Source of the DNA: Octopus sinensis | Lineage: Eukaryota | Direction of reading: 5' to 3' | DNA: 64,000 nucleotides | Assembly (NCBI RefSeq): GCF_006345805.1 | Contig: NC_043005.1 | Coordinates: forward strand, 105,586,001 to 105,650,000 | Part shown: positions 13,172 through 27,370 of the stretch, piece after piece | Layout of the letters: each line of letters begins with the position of its first letter | Position numbering within the stretch: position 1 is the first letter of the stretch | Made by a program: the position numbers and the translations under genes | The notes under the pieces: model-generated | Databases searched by the model: none | Told to the model about the DNA's origin: nothing | Seen by the model: the letters and a program-made list of their open reading frames with translations, nothing else

Positions 13172-16100
13172 GATAGATAGATAGATACATTTTCTGACAG
13201 TCACTAAGTCACGTACATATTATATAAAACATGCTCGCTTACACCAAATATTACGTACAACGCTATTCGTGAGCATTCAATATTTCTCGCATGCAATCAC
13301 GTATATATGCACATACACAAACACATATACAAGCACAAGACTGTTCTCCTTACAGCCCTTTACAGTATATGGGCAATCCCAGTAAAATAGGGGTTAATAA
13401 GCCGAATTGACTGTCAGGTAAGCGCTTTAGTGAATGTATTTCTTGACGGACGTGGGTTTATTTTATGATGTCAACTTAGGTTATTGGTTGTTTACTAAAA
13501 TCTTTCCAAACATGTAGTCTCATATTTGGTAATTCTCATGTTTGCTAATTCTCGTGTAGTTAATTACATGAACTGACACTCACTATGCCTGAAGCACACA
13601 TCACCGCTTGATATTCGTTGGCAGGGAAACATGTAGCACGCAGGAGAGTGCATGTGGGTGTCGTGTGTATTTCTATTTTTCAGTTGTAAGGTGGCGCTAG
13701 TGGTGGTAGTACTCTGGTGGGTGTGGTGTTCGAGATGCTGGTGGTTGGCTGGTGTTTATCGTAATGTTTATGGTGATAGTTGTTATTGTTGTGCACAGTT
13801 TTATAGAATATACTGAATAAAAACCTGGAGACTTACATATATACGTAAATATATGTTCGTATGTGTATATGTATGTAAATGTATGCGTTAATATATGTCT
13901 ATAGTTCATAGATGAGAATGAAATATTCTCCGTATAGAATACACTTTGTAGTGCTCAAGATGTTTAAACCTGAGCAGGTAGAGAGGTAAATGTAAGGATA
14001 AGCAAGTTGGGCAGGTTGTAGTATAGTTATAATATACTTATGATATAATTACAGAAAAGCAGATTAATGATATGATCATAATATAGACACACTCCGGAAG
14101 CATGACTTGTTCAATTTTTACCCAATCCTCGATGTTTTCACTTCTGTCGTGCTCATGTAACGTAAAGACGCTCACAGTCCTTTCATAAGCGGTTTACATT
14201 CCTGTTCAAAGCGTTGACCATTTGCCGATTATTTTCGCCATCCTATGACCCTCATCGTTACAGGATTCCCACTGTTAATTATACACCTGTGATATTGACT
14301 CATCTCTTAAATATTTCCGTTGTTGTAAACTCAAGTAAAGCTCGCGTTACATTACTACAGACACGTACAGGGACAGAGGAATAATAGTAGTTTTCTACAT
14401 AGACATCCTAACTTGTAAATATTCTTCTCCCCCAACGTACTACAACACCAATTTCCAGACAAGCCTTCTCCTCAGAATTTCTATTAATCTTTTCAAAAAT
14501 AATTCTGATTTTTTTTTAATTGGATACTTGCGTCCCTCTCTACTTAGACTCCGATCTGTCATCCTTTCGTAGCCAGCTCTGTGCTTCATCACTACATCCT
14601 TCTTTTACGCAATTACAGTCCTTTGGATCCTCTGCGCTTTTCTCCGTTCGCAATTCTCAACTTACAGATTTTCAAGACACTCGACTGTATTTAAGAAATG
14701 AATTGCCTCCTACCCGGAATCGACCTTTTCCCTAGTTAAGCTGTTTAGTGCCAAAATCAAACTCGAAATGCCCGCAGTGCTCTGTCCTACTCTGGATTAT
14801 GGCGAGAGGTGAGGCGTGTGGATACTTCGGCTGCCAACAAGACTCTTCGATAATTTTGGCGCTAAACTATTTAACTAAGGAAAAAGGGCGCGAATCTCAA
14901 GAATATTCTGGATTAAAATTCACAACATGGCTTCAAGCTAATTGGTCGATTTTGTTCACGTGAAAATGGGATGATTCATTCATGACTGAAAACTGGTAAT
15001 TTCGCGTTTTGGGTTCAAATCCCTACAACCTCAACCGCCACAAATGTTGACTATACTCATGATTTTGATTAGGAATTGTACTTTCATTAGATTTTTATAG
15101 CAAGAATGACTCAGGATGTGCTCCATGAAAACCATATCTGTTTTAGCTAAGAATATGATATCATGCTGCATATAAAGAACTAATATGTGATATTTTAGAT
15201 TTATAATATATAATAAATGAATATTAGAATGTTCAGTTAATGATATAAAATGCGATTTAGACAAAAAAAATTTGATGAATAAAATATCATTTTGGAGAAG
15301 CAAATAATATTACAGAATATACATTAAAATCTATGATTTCTCACATTGGCACAGAAGAACAAAGCAGAGCGTATTGCATGCACTCCACAGCAGCTTGGAA
15401 CCATTTTCATCTCTCCTTGGAAGATCAAAAGCGAAAGCGACTCTTGTTGAGTTTGAAATCAGAATGTTGAGACGAAATAAATAAATACAAAAAAATAAAT
15501 AAATAAGTAAATAAATCTCTGATCCAGTGGCGGGGGATTAGGGGGATTAGGGGGATCTTCCTACATTTAAAATCTTGCATCGAATTAAGTGTAATGACGC
15601 GGGACCCTTTATATATTTGAAGACCACATTGATTTGAGCGTAAAAAGGCGGGGAACCTTTCTCAATTCAAAGGCTGCATTGAATTAAGTGTAATCGAATT
15701 AGGCTGCATTATAGAAAATTTTATTGAATATGCAGACAAATCAAATTACATTTATTGTGAAAATGTAATTATAAATATTAAAGTACAAAATAAAAATGTA
15801 AAGATGGTTTTATAAATATTTTTGTTATAGTTTAAGAATACTGGAATCAATACAATACTATGTAATCAACAAAAATGTAATTTTTAAAAAATTTCAGGAC
15901 CCTAAATCCAGCCTTTTTCTTGAAAGCCAGGCTTAATGTCTTGAAAGGTCGCAGATTCCCCACCCTCTGCATTAGTCTGTCGCCCAATTATTTTTTTCCA
16001 GTCTACAGCATTGATGGCAATCATGATATAAAATGTGGTAGAATTATAGTATGGCATTAGTAACATGGTTACCAGGATAATGAACTGGCAGAATGGTAAA

Positions 16101-16262
16101 ATCGTCGGTTGAAATGACTTGCGATATTTCTTCTGGTTTTTTTATGTTTAGAGTTCAAATCTCGCCGCGATCAACAACTCACAAAGTAGCAGTCAAGTAC
16201 TGGAATCAATTTAACTGGCTCATTCCTTCCGACCGATCTCGGGTCTTTTTCTGTTAGAAATA

Positions 16263-16666
16263 TATTTCTTTACAACCCACAAGGGGCTAAACTCAGAGGG
16301 GACAAACAAGGACAGACAAACGAATTAAGTCGATTACATCGACCCCAGTGCGTTGCTGGTATTTAATTTATCGACCCCGAAAGGATGAAAGGCAAAGTCG
16401 ACCTCGGCGGAATTTGAACTCAGAACGTAACAGCAGACGAAATACATATTTCTTTACTACCCACGAGGGGCTAAACACAGAGGGGACAAACAAGGACACA
16501 CAAACGGATTAAGTCGATTATATCGACCCCAGTGCGTAACTGGTACTTAATTTATCGATCCCGAAAGGATGAAAGGCAAAGTCGACCTCGGCGGAATTTG
16601 AACCCAGAACGTAACGGCAGACGAAATACGACTACGTAGTTCGCCCGGCGTGCTACCGTTTCTGCC
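16263..16666 (-). mobile_element. SINE family A dimer (head plus two bodies)
   Basis: Two ~183-bp bodies joined at about 16445; one head at the right end. Confidence 0.9.
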
Positions 16667-17049
16667 ATCTAGAAATAATTATCAATTCTGATGCGATAGC
16701 AGTGGATTGGCAAAATCAGTCGAGCATCGGAAAGAAATACCTAGTGGTATTTGTTCTGAGTTGAAATCCTGCCTATGTCAACTTCATCCTTTCGGGGTTG
16801 ATACAATAAAGTACCAATTAAGTACTGGATCAGTGTAATTGATTAACCCCTCCTTCTCCCAAATTATTTCTTCATTAGAAACCATTATCACATCGTTGGA
16901 AATCAGTTTTGGAATTCTATTTGAATTTTGCGTTATAGTCTATAGCACAACATTCATTCACTCAACTTTGACCTTTGTTTCACTCCTGTTAAAGAGCACA
17001 CGGTAAACCCTACTTTATTTTTCGAGCGAAGTACGAAGCTTTTATGGAA

Positions 17050-18125
17050 TGCTAGGCCTGGCTAGAGTGAAACAAGGTAATTTACTTGAAAGGAACGAAC
17101 AAAGTGAGACGACATCGAAAGCGAAATTTTAAGTTGTCGACACTTTTTGCAGTAAATGTTCCACTTTGTTATAACATTGAATTCAAGGAACTTTTCACTA
17201 ACATGTCTCAAATTCATATATCATTGAACTGGCACTTCTCACATGATTTAACACACACACACACACACACAATCTTCGAAAGCGGTTCCGTCTCATAAGT
17301 TATGCAATTCCATTGCCTATTTTGTTCACCTACAAATGACATGTATTACTCAATACCATTCAATACCATGACAATCAACGGATTCTCCTTGAGAGTCCTA
17401 AAGCTATTGGCATGTTCATGGGAAATTAAGTAGGATTTTGATTATAGGGTAGCAGGCTAGCCGTTCTACCGTGGATTACGATATCAAACGTGATTAGCCT
17501 CTGAGTTCAACATAAGTCCCAGGAGTGAGCAGTGTCGTCTCTCTTCCTTTAGTTCATGCTTAAAAGATATTTCTACTTTTCCTTCATAATATTAATCTGA
17601 GTTTGATAAAGAATTTTATGTTAAACTGGCTTTATTAACGTTGTATACTTTGTAGCAATCTTTCTGGCCGGTCTAACATGCATCCCTCATTTTCACCAGT
17701 CTTGAAGGCCCTATAAAAAATTATACCAAATGTGAATGCAGCGAAGTTAAAGGAGGAAATTTGATAGGAGCGCAAATCAGCAAAGTTTTAAAAATCTATT
17801 GAATTTGTGCAAAACCTCAATACTTGGGAACAAAAAATGTGGCATGCTTTTAAATGGTTTCAAGACGACTTTTTGGCCATAGTAAGTTACCTGTATATAA
17901 AAGTGGAATGGGGAGCCTCACTGATGGTTCTAAAGAAATGAGATTCTAAATGTTTTTAAAAATACACTTCCTACAATGTCATAGGATTCTTTTCAGGAAA
18001 AGCTTGGTTCGATAAGTGATGATCGAAGAGAACGATTCCATCAAGATATCGACTCAAATGAAAAACGATACCAGAGACTTTGAAATGAAGACCTGGTGAA
18101 TCGCAATTCTTGAATGCAATATCAC
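17050..18125 (+). mobile_element. Decayed Chapaev3-like (CMC) DNA transposase, central and C-terminal part
   Basis: Broken translation gives ARVKQGNLLE, RHRKRNFKLSTLFAVNVPLCY, AIGMFMG, LHNINLSLIKNF, AKLKE..IGAQISK, LKIHFL, KLGSISDDRRERFHQDI..NEKRYQ. This matches the SDEHGERFHQDI..MEKRYQG transposase family. Superfamily name is from recall. Confidence 0.75.
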
Positions 18126-19111
18126 AATGACCCAGAGCAAAATAATAAAACAGAATTATTCACAATATATGTCTAATTTTTAATTATTCGTGTGTCTAAT
18201 TAGATCTGTTATAAAAACAAAAATGAGGTTCGAGTAAATTATGCATGATTAATTAAGTGTATGATATTGGGTGTAGTTTATGAAATACAAATTTTGTATA
18301 TAAAATATTGATACACTTTAAAGATTGATAAAATTGATTAAAAAATATATTTCGAAACCTAGACTTGGTAGAACAAAAAAAAAAAGAAAGAAAGAAAGAA
18401 AGAAAAAAAAAAGAAAGTAATCAGTATCAAGTCCAGGATGCATTTAGGAAAAACTGATTTCGTCTTCAATAAAAAAAAGTTTATTTTTCTTTGAGAATGG
18501 GAAGTTAGTTTTCCTTCATTTCCCCAGAGCTTTGATGAACCGAATAACACAGTTTCACTATTCTAATATTATATATTAATATTATTTTCCTAAGGAATGA
18601 AGAACAAGAGAGAGCTGAAAGCTTCTTGGGGTGAGTGCAAGTTGCGTATAGCAAAAATACCTGCAGAAATGAAATCCAGTCTTAAGATATTTGATAGCGC
18701 TAAAAATTCTAAAAAAACATTGACTTTTGATATTGGCACAAAACCGCGGATTATGGCGGAAGTTAATCATTTTATTGAACAGGGAATGGTGGGATATGAT
18801 TTCAGAACGCAAGGAAACAAAAATCAGCTGTAGTTCGGCTCTCTATCGATATTGTCATTTTATTGCCGTATTTCTATAAAACACCGATTTCTTACAATGA
18901 CACAAGGACATAAATTGGAGTGAGGGAACTGTTGATTATGTCGACCTTGAGGTATAACTGCTATTACATATATCTCTGAAGGGTGAAAGGCAAAGTTGAG
19001 CTCGGCCGCATTTGAACTGAAAACACCAGGGATCGTTATTATATACTGGATATAGTAGTAGTAGTAGTAGTAGTACAAACACTACTAGCAATGACATCAG
19101 CAGCAACGACT

Positions 19112-19496
19112 GGAGGCGTAATGGCCCAATGGTTAAGGCAGCGAACTCGCGGGCGGAGGATCGCGGTTTCGATTCCCAGACCGGGCGTTGTCTGTGTTTA
19201 TTGAGCGAAAACACCTAAAGCTCTATGAGGCTCCGACAGGGGGTGGTGGCGACCCCTGTTGTACTCTTTCGCTTCAACTTTCTATCACTCTTTCTTCCTG
19301 TTTCTTGTCCCCGACTTCCTACGTAACCGCTGAGCCTGGATGCGCATTCATCCATCCGTCGATGCTCTCGGTGTCGGGGATTGACCTGCTTTCTCTTCTG
19401 CGGGTCTTACGAATAGCAAAGGACCACGTTTCGTACTTCCCCCACTACAGAGGCGCGATCTTGCGAGCTCTGGGACGAAGACCGCTTCGCTCAACA
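19112..19496 (+). mobile_element. SINE family C (tRNA-Arg-like head)
   Basis: GGAGGCGTAATGGCCCAATGGTTAAGGCAGCGAACTCGC...GGTTTCGATTCCC (A and B boxes, TCG loop). Homologous copies at 38145 and 43530. Confidence 0.88.
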
Positions 19497-19984
19497 AGCA
19501 AACAAACATCAGCAGCAACGACTGTAATAGTAGCAGTGCTTGTAGTACTAGTACTAGTAGTAGTAGTGGTGTTTATAGAAGATGAGTGTGTCAATCGTTT
19601 AGAATAATGGTTCTCAAACACTATGTGGTAAATTTTAAAAAATATGATTTTTAAAATTTTTTACAAAATCCACACAGATTTTTCATGGACTTGAAAAACA
19701 AGTTGTTTATGACATCGTTGTCCACAAATACCTCTGATAAAAACGAGTTAAACAATAGTTTTCCCTATCTATACACATTTTTTTTTACCTTAAAATAGTT
19801 TTATTTAAAAAATTTCTCGTGGGAGAGCGAAAACATGGTTTTGTGGTTCACTTTGTAACCGTATGGTTTCGGGCGCAGTTTCACACCGCGTCACCTCCGG
19901 TAAGTGTATTCTACAATAGCACCGAAGTGATCAATACTTTGTGAGAGAGTTTGAAAGAAAGAAGTCTGTAGAAACCTATCATTC

Positions 19985-20017
<33 letters not shown>

Positions 20018-20027
20018 TATATAAACA

Positions 20028-20063
<36 letters not shown>

Positions 20064-20856
20064 TACATGTATGTGTATTTATCTATGTATACATGTATGT
20101 GTATGTATACATGTATGTGTGTGTATGTGTGTGTATACACATAAATATATGCCTCTGTGGTGTGTGTGTGTGTGTGTACACATAAATATATGTCTTTGTG
20201 TGTGCCTTTGTATTTGTTTCCTCCCACCATTTGGCAACTGTTGTTGGCTTCTTCATGTCTCAGTAACTTAGTGCTCCGGCAAAAGAGACCGACAGAATAA
20301 GTAACAGACTTAAAGAATAAGTACTGAGGTAGATTGTGAAACTAAGCCATTCAAGGTGCTGCCCCAGCATGGCTGAAGTCCAATGACTAAAACGAGAAAA
20401 AGATAAAAATATTAAGTCTCCAATGCACTTTAAATAGTAAAAAAAGAAAATAAAGAAATGATGGAGAAGATTCAGATTTCGAGTGTAAAGTTGACGAAAG
20501 TGTCAACTATGAAAATGTATGAATGTACGAAGCGGTATCAAAACGTTCCCAGAATAGTTCTGTAGCGCGCCAACGAATGACAGCACACGGTACCATGCGC
20601 AGTGAGAGCTAGCAGTGACCTTCATGATATCGCTGTGCTTCGCAAGTTGTGAAATTTGTGATTTTGTGATCACGTGTATGCTGTACGTGATGTTTCGAGT
20701 GACTTGGGAGCTTCAAAAACAGAACGTCTCTGCAAGACAACAATCGATTTGGAAGGCCTCGAACTAATAAGATGTCAATATAGGATATGAAACTTCTATG
20801 ATGTAAGGAATACAATGCTGGGTTAGCAAATGGCAAACAGATGAAAAGTGATATCG

Positions 20857-21089
20857 ATTTCTTTACTATCCACAAGGTGCTAAATATAGAGGGGACAAAC
20901 AAGGACAGACAAACGGATCAAGTCGATTACATCGACCCCAGTGTGTAACTGGTACTTAATTTATCGACCCTGAAAGGATGAAAGGCAAAGTCGACCTCGG
21001 CAGAATTTGAACTCAGAACGTAACGGCAGACGAAATACGGCTACGCATTTCGCCCGGCGTGCTAACGTTTCTGCCAGCTCGCCGCCTTC
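20857..21089 (-). mobile_element. SINE family A, full length, with 16-bp target-site duplication
   Basis: ATGAAAAGTGATATCG at 20841-20856 and 21090-21105 flanks the element. Confidence 0.93.
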
Positions 21090-24000
21090 ATGAAAAGTGA
21101 TATCGACAACAGCAAAATGTTATTTATTTAATATGTCTCGTGTTAGATCTTGCACAAAAACTGACCAATAGCTGTGAGAATAGTATGGTATTACCATAGA
21201 CTTGGTATATTTCAAGTGATGTGTCGAAGTTCAAATACTGGAATGTTGTATTTGAACTTAGTGAGGGTCTCGAGTAATCCCAGAAACACTTTTTGTCTTT
21301 ATCTCTAATCATTCGTTTCAGTCACTGGGCTGCGGCCATGCTTGAGCACCACCTTGAAGGCTTTTAGTCAGACAAATCGAGCCCGGTACTTTTTATTTTT
21401 ACTTTAACGTTTGTTACTTATTCCACCGATCTCTTTAGCCGAACTCCAAGTCACAGCGATGTAAACAAACAACGCACGCACGCACTCACGCGCGCGCGCG
21501 CACACACACACACACATACACACACACACATACACACACATACACATACACACACACACATACACATACACACACATACACTCACATACACACATACACA
21601 CACACACACACATGACGAACTTTCACTCAGTTTCTGCCAACCAAACTCACCCACAAGGCATTGGTCGGCCCGGGGCTATCGCAGATGACACAGTCCCACT
21701 TTCTGTGCAGTGGGACTGAACGCAAAACCACATGATTGTAAAGCAAGCATCTTAACCAAATTTTACCCACTTTACCCGCTTAATCCATATCGTTACCCAT
21801 TGTTACAGAATCGACATAAGGATGCAATGTCATAAGTCTTTGTCGTAATCTCTAACAGAGCATCTGAAGTTGGTGAGAATTTCGAAAAATCTTTGAGACA
21901 TATCAACGTAGAAAGATATATATTTTATCTGTCTATCTACATACGTACTCTGGTGCTTTCTAAATCATTATCTCCACAACTGGTGCATTTGGCTATCATA
22001 TAAATGCAGCCAATATCAACATTTAATTAATGCTGCTCTTCCAATTAATTATCTCGATTAATAATAATTACTGATTGGTGCCATCAATATATTAATTTAG
22101 ACATACCGGTTACCATAACAACGCCTAGCAAATTACTTTGTCTGGAAACAAATCTGGACTTACTGTATGTACACAGTATGGGAGACAACGCTAAGGACAA
22201 CTGAAAGTTGTATTTGAGCCATGATTGTCATAATGACACCGAGTGTAATGAAAATGATGATGGTAGTGGTGGTGGATCGTCTAGTTCGAATTATTTATCT
22301 CTTTACTCCCATTCAGACGTATGTGGGAACGATTATATTGGTCCGTTTGTCGGTCAAGTTCGCAGCAAGCAGGTCACCTACAATGCAGTTTCTTATGGAA
22401 CTGTTTCACACACGTCAATAGCACTTACTTCACTATCAGGAAAACAAAAATGAGCCAGTCTCTAGAATGTTGCCTTCCATTTTATATGCTTAAAACAAAG
22501 GCATGCCCGGAACATATTTGGCCATGGGTTTACCTCGTCAAAGATAAACAGGAGCTAAACGACTGTAACAGCAATACACTCGGGCAAAGGTATAAACGTT
22601 GCAGTGTGTTAGTTTATCTACCATAGCTATATGAGAACAATTATCTATTCAGTCACTTTTATCAGCAACATTACAATAGGTGGCAGCACTTTCTCTTGTA
22701 AAACAGCTATTCTGAAACAATAACCACCCCCAGAACTTTACTATAACCACAAGAAAAAAAATAAAACATTTAACACAACCACCACTAATACCACCGCCGC
22801 CAACACCATCACCATCACCACCATCACCACCACCGCCACAGCTACTACTACTACTACTACTACTACTACTAGCATCATCACGATCACTTCAATCACCACC
22901 ACTAACTCCACCACCAATAGCATTACTACTACCGATACTACCTTCAGCAATATTGCTACCATTACCCTCAGGAACTGTAACACCACCATCACCATCACCA
23001 CTACTAAAAGCACCACTTGTTGCTACTAGTACCACTGCAATTATCACTAACACCTCTTCTGCCACTTTATCACCACAACTACTACTCACGCAAGCAGTAC
23101 TTACACCCCTGTCACCACCATCACCACTACATCAACACCCACTACCACCCACCACTACCACCACCACCACCACCACCACCCAGTCATTAACACAATTACC
23201 CCTCCCCCTTTCCCACCTTTCATTATTACAATACTACAATACGTAGCCATTTCAAATATATAAAAAAAAACAATTCAGTCACCCAAACGAAAATATTGAC
23301 TAAAAAAATTATGAAGAAGTTCATTGAGTGCAAATGTAAAAGTGTAACAAAGGAACGGCAGAGGGGGCGGGTGGGTGGGTGTGTGGAGGGAAGAAACAGA
23401 GAGTAAGGAGGTTTGAAGGAAAGGGGAAACGGACAGGAAGTTACAGAAAGAAAGAGCAAAATAAAGGAAAGGTAAATGGAAGTGAAATGTTGAGATAAGA
23501 AAGCTTAAAGAGAGAGAGAGAAAAGAGAGAGAGAGAGAGAGAAAAGAGAAAGTGAGAGAGAGAGATGGGAGAAGTGAAGAGAGAAATGAAATAAGGTGAG
23601 AGATGAGAAAGACAGAGAAGTAGAAAGTAAAGACGAGGAAGAGGAAAAGTGAACTATTGATCTATCTATCAATAGTTGTGATTAACTATTTGTGTGTCTG
23701 TCTGTAAAAATGGAATGACCAAATGGATGATAAAGTATTAGACTAGCAGAACGGAATCGCCAGACAATGGCTATTGTCATCTTAAACATTGAACTTCTCA
23801 CGACAATTTTATACAAATCATCTCCATCTGCTGATACCAGTGACTTCTCTGACAGTTCGAACAGTAGAATTCAGCTCGGTGTGTTTTACGGAGAGCATTC
23901 TTTTCTAAAATATATTGTATTGAGATTTCTCAGTTGTCCAACGATGAGGGTTGGCTTGTTCTGTGTTTCAGTTCAGAAAACAAAATACGAGAAGAGAAAA

Positions 24001-24934
24001 TAATTTAAAATGTGCTCAATTGTGTATAGCTTGACAACGACTGGGTTTAGTTTGAGCAAACTGAATCTAAAACCTAGTTCCTAATTAACAATTTTATTGA
24101 ATCTCACCTCCAGTTGTTAGTCAATATTTCTGCGAAATTTGATCTCGTGTTCAGAGACAATATTTCGACTGAATCCCATCATCTTTGCCAATGAACCGTA
24201 GGATCTAAACTGGCCCTTTTCATACATTTTTATTTCGTTACCCTGATGGCCATTTGTTGTTTACCTATGAAGGGGCTCCACACAATTTGACAATGAACTA
24301 ACCCTAAGAGCAGGTAAGTTCAGTCAGTGTTTAAGGACTTAATTTACGTTATCGTTTGACTAGTTATGCAAGAGTACTTACACCATAATAATGTACGCAT
24401 TACTCCCTGGCTTGGAGTCGCTGTAGAAATAACATTCAAACCAGCTTGAAGTATATTTGAGGAGGTGAGGCGGAAATTTATGATAAAAGTCTACACTACC
24501 ACCTGTGTGAAAAAAAAAAAATGAAAGCAACGAATAAATATGTCAGCTGGTGGAAAGGAGGAAACGAAATCATGTTCCGCGTCAGTAAATTTGGCGCATG
24601 GATTGGAAAATGTCTTTAACTGGCTCTAAGGCCTATAGATATTAGAATGAGTGTACTGTGCGAGTAATGGCTGGAGTGTTTTTAGGAAGGAGTGACACAA
24701 TTATTTTAACACTACACTGAAAGAAAATATTGTAGTATGAGCACATCAGCTTTGTTCATTTCTCATAAATAAGTACTTTATGGAATGAACATCGGGGCTT
24801 TGCTTCTCTTAATGTGAAAAGTGAAGGAGGAAGGATATAGTATATATGTTAATATGACCTATTATGGTCATCTCTTATGTGTTTAAATGTACATTGTATT
24901 TTTCTATATATATATATATATGTATATATATATG

Positions 24935-24979
<45 letters not shown>

Positions 24980-25380
24980 GAGTAGACAGCAATTATATAT
25001 ATATATATATATATATACAAGTAATAAGAGAGGGACCACATGTGGTCACTCTAACGCTAGAAATAGATCCGCAAAGGGAATCCACCACTAAAGAATTGTT
25101 CTCAAGCATTAATTCAACACGCCAAGAATGTAAGCTAGCAGGACAAATGAAAAATAACGAAAAAATGGATTAACTCTATACAATTGTTTCATCGTTAATA
25201 GATTGTGTTATTTTACTTACAAATCATTTTCGAATCATCGGTAGAGTATATCAAAAATATAATTTGCTGAACCGAACGCCAAAATCCATACGAAGCCGAG
25301 CAAAGGCGAACGGCACAGCCGATTATACTTGCAGTTACGTTCAAATATCCTCATTTTTGGCGCGTTGAAAATACCGGATT

Positions 25381-25416
<36 letters not shown>

Positions 25417-25529
25417 TAGCTATATATTGATAGAAATGACAAGACAACAAAAGAATGAAAGAGACCTGGATATTATGTAAATAGAGGAATTTATCTGTAA
25501 ATATATGTAACAATTATTCGGTAGCCATG

Positions 25530-25588
25530 ATAAAACTCCGAGTTTCGGACGTCGAGGCGGAAACCTACGCCGGCATCTCTTCAGTTAT
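25530..25588 (-). ncRNA. Hammerhead ribozyme motif (left arm)
   Basis: ATAA-CTGAAGA-GATG..CGTC-C-GAA-ACT CGG AGT-T-TTAT: canonical core, stem I ATAA/TTAT, GUU triplet. Confidence 0.65.
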
Positions 25589-25678
25589 TTGGCCATCGAA
25601 AAAATGCTATGAAAAAAAAAAAACCTTGGAAAGAAACGAACAATTTCTTTTTTTTCATAGCATTTTTTCGATCGCCCG

Positions 25679-25737
25679 AAAACTGAAGAGATGCCGGTGT
25701 AGGTTTCCGCCCCAGCATCCGAAACTCGAAGTTTTAT
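25679..25737 (+). ncRNA. Hammerhead ribozyme motif (right arm)
   Basis: AAAA-CTGAAGA-GATGC..GCATC-C-GAA-ACT CGA AGT-T-TTAT. Stem I is weakened to about 2 bp. Confidence 0.55.
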
Positions 25738-25840
25738 CATGGCTACCGAATAATTGTCACATATTATATTTACAGATAAATTCCTCTATTTACATAATAT
25801 CGAGGTCTCTTTCATTCTTTTGTTGGCTTACCATTTCTAT

Positions 25841-25873
<33 letters not shown>

Positions 25874-26179
25874 GGTTGTCTACTCATTAGTGAAATGTGA
25901 CCATTGCTGGACAAGTTGAGTATGGCGTGCACAACACCACCATTACTCTCAATAGCAATACCAAGAACCCCAGAATCAAGCAAACTGCATGATATCCGGT
26001 TCAGAAGGGCATCAGGTTCTATATGCGAATTAACCTTCTACGAGACGGATGCCTTAACAAACACCAGGATTCCCTCACTCCCTTACTGCACCCTCGGATA
26101 CAAACCCGAGTATTTCTGTGTTCCGTCGCTCATATGCTAGTTAACCTATACATGTGTGAGTGGATGTGTATGTACCCCC

Positions 26180-26219
<40 letters not shown>

Positions 26220-26232
26220 CACACATACACAC

Positions 26233-26279
<47 letters not shown>

Positions 26280-26427
26280 TGCAGACATACATACACGTAT
26301 ACATATGTATGTGTGTATTGTTTACGTAAGTACACAGTAGAAGTTGAAATCACACACTCACACTCACACATACACACACACGCACACACACACATACACA
26401 CATGCGCACACACCTATACACATACAC

Positions 26428-26459
<32 letters not shown>

Positions 26460-26549
26460 GCACACACTCGGTTGTCAGATAAATTTGTTCGTTTCTTCCC
26501 AACGTTATTTGAATCAGCATTGGGACCCTGATAAGTGTTCATGTTTCGA

Positions 26550-26600
<51 letters not shown>

Positions 26601-27370
26601 TATTATATATGTATGTATGTATGTGTGTGCGTGTGTGTTTGTGTGTGTGTCTGTGTTTGTCCGCCTCCATCGCTTGACAACATCCTGGGCTCGATTTCTT
26701 CGAGTAAAAAGCGGTGCTCCAGCATAGCCGCAGTCAAATGACTGAAACAGGTTAAAGTAAAAAAGAATATTTATGTATAGAATAAACACACGAACAGATA
26801 TGCACACAAACATATATATATATGTAAACATATACAGCTGTCATAAGCATGCTGTATATACTTGTAGCTGTGCTTAAAATGTTTACAGAAACCATGTGTG
26901 CGGATGGTTTCATGGTTTGTTATGTTTTATAAATCCCTTGGGAAAAACCCATACTTTCATCAAACCGCTATCTATCGCCCGATCTAATATAAACCCCTTA
27001 ATCTTGGAGATATTATCACTGGTTTTAAATTTGTCGTAGTCAGTTATGACGTGTTTGAGAGTGTGGTCTTTAACGATAATAAATAAAGAAACAAACTAAT
27101 AAGCAAATAAATAAATAAATAAATAAAATAAGGCTCAGCTAATTTCGCCACTGATTTTCTATTGGTAGCTATCGTTAACTGGTGGAGTTTCTTCATGCGC
27201 GGATCTGATAGATCGAAACCGAAAACATCAACCACTGATTGAGAAACACTCTGATGGCTGACGCTTAAGACTTAAAAGTGTATGTATGTATGTATGTATG
27301 TATGTATGTATGTATGTATGTATGTAGGTAGGTAGGTAGGTAGGTAGGTAGGTAGGTAGGTAGGTATGAG

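Larger units (their letters stand above)
25422..25848. repeat. ~200-bp-arm inverted repeat (fold-back of a Penelope-type terminal repeat)
   Basis: 25422-25620 is the near-exact reverse complement of 25646-25848, with a ~25-bp spacer and (TA)n on both sides. Confidence 0.9.

Noticed and set aside
19112-19185. tRNA-Arg gene (also 38145, 43530, 47693)
   Set aside because: The head continues into a conserved SINE body, the acceptor stem is not formed, and it is multicopy with a TSD in one case.
22740-23250. Mucin-like Thr/Pro-rich ORFs
   Set aside because: Degenerate (ACC/ACT)n tract open in several frames and on both strands, with no splice or start support.
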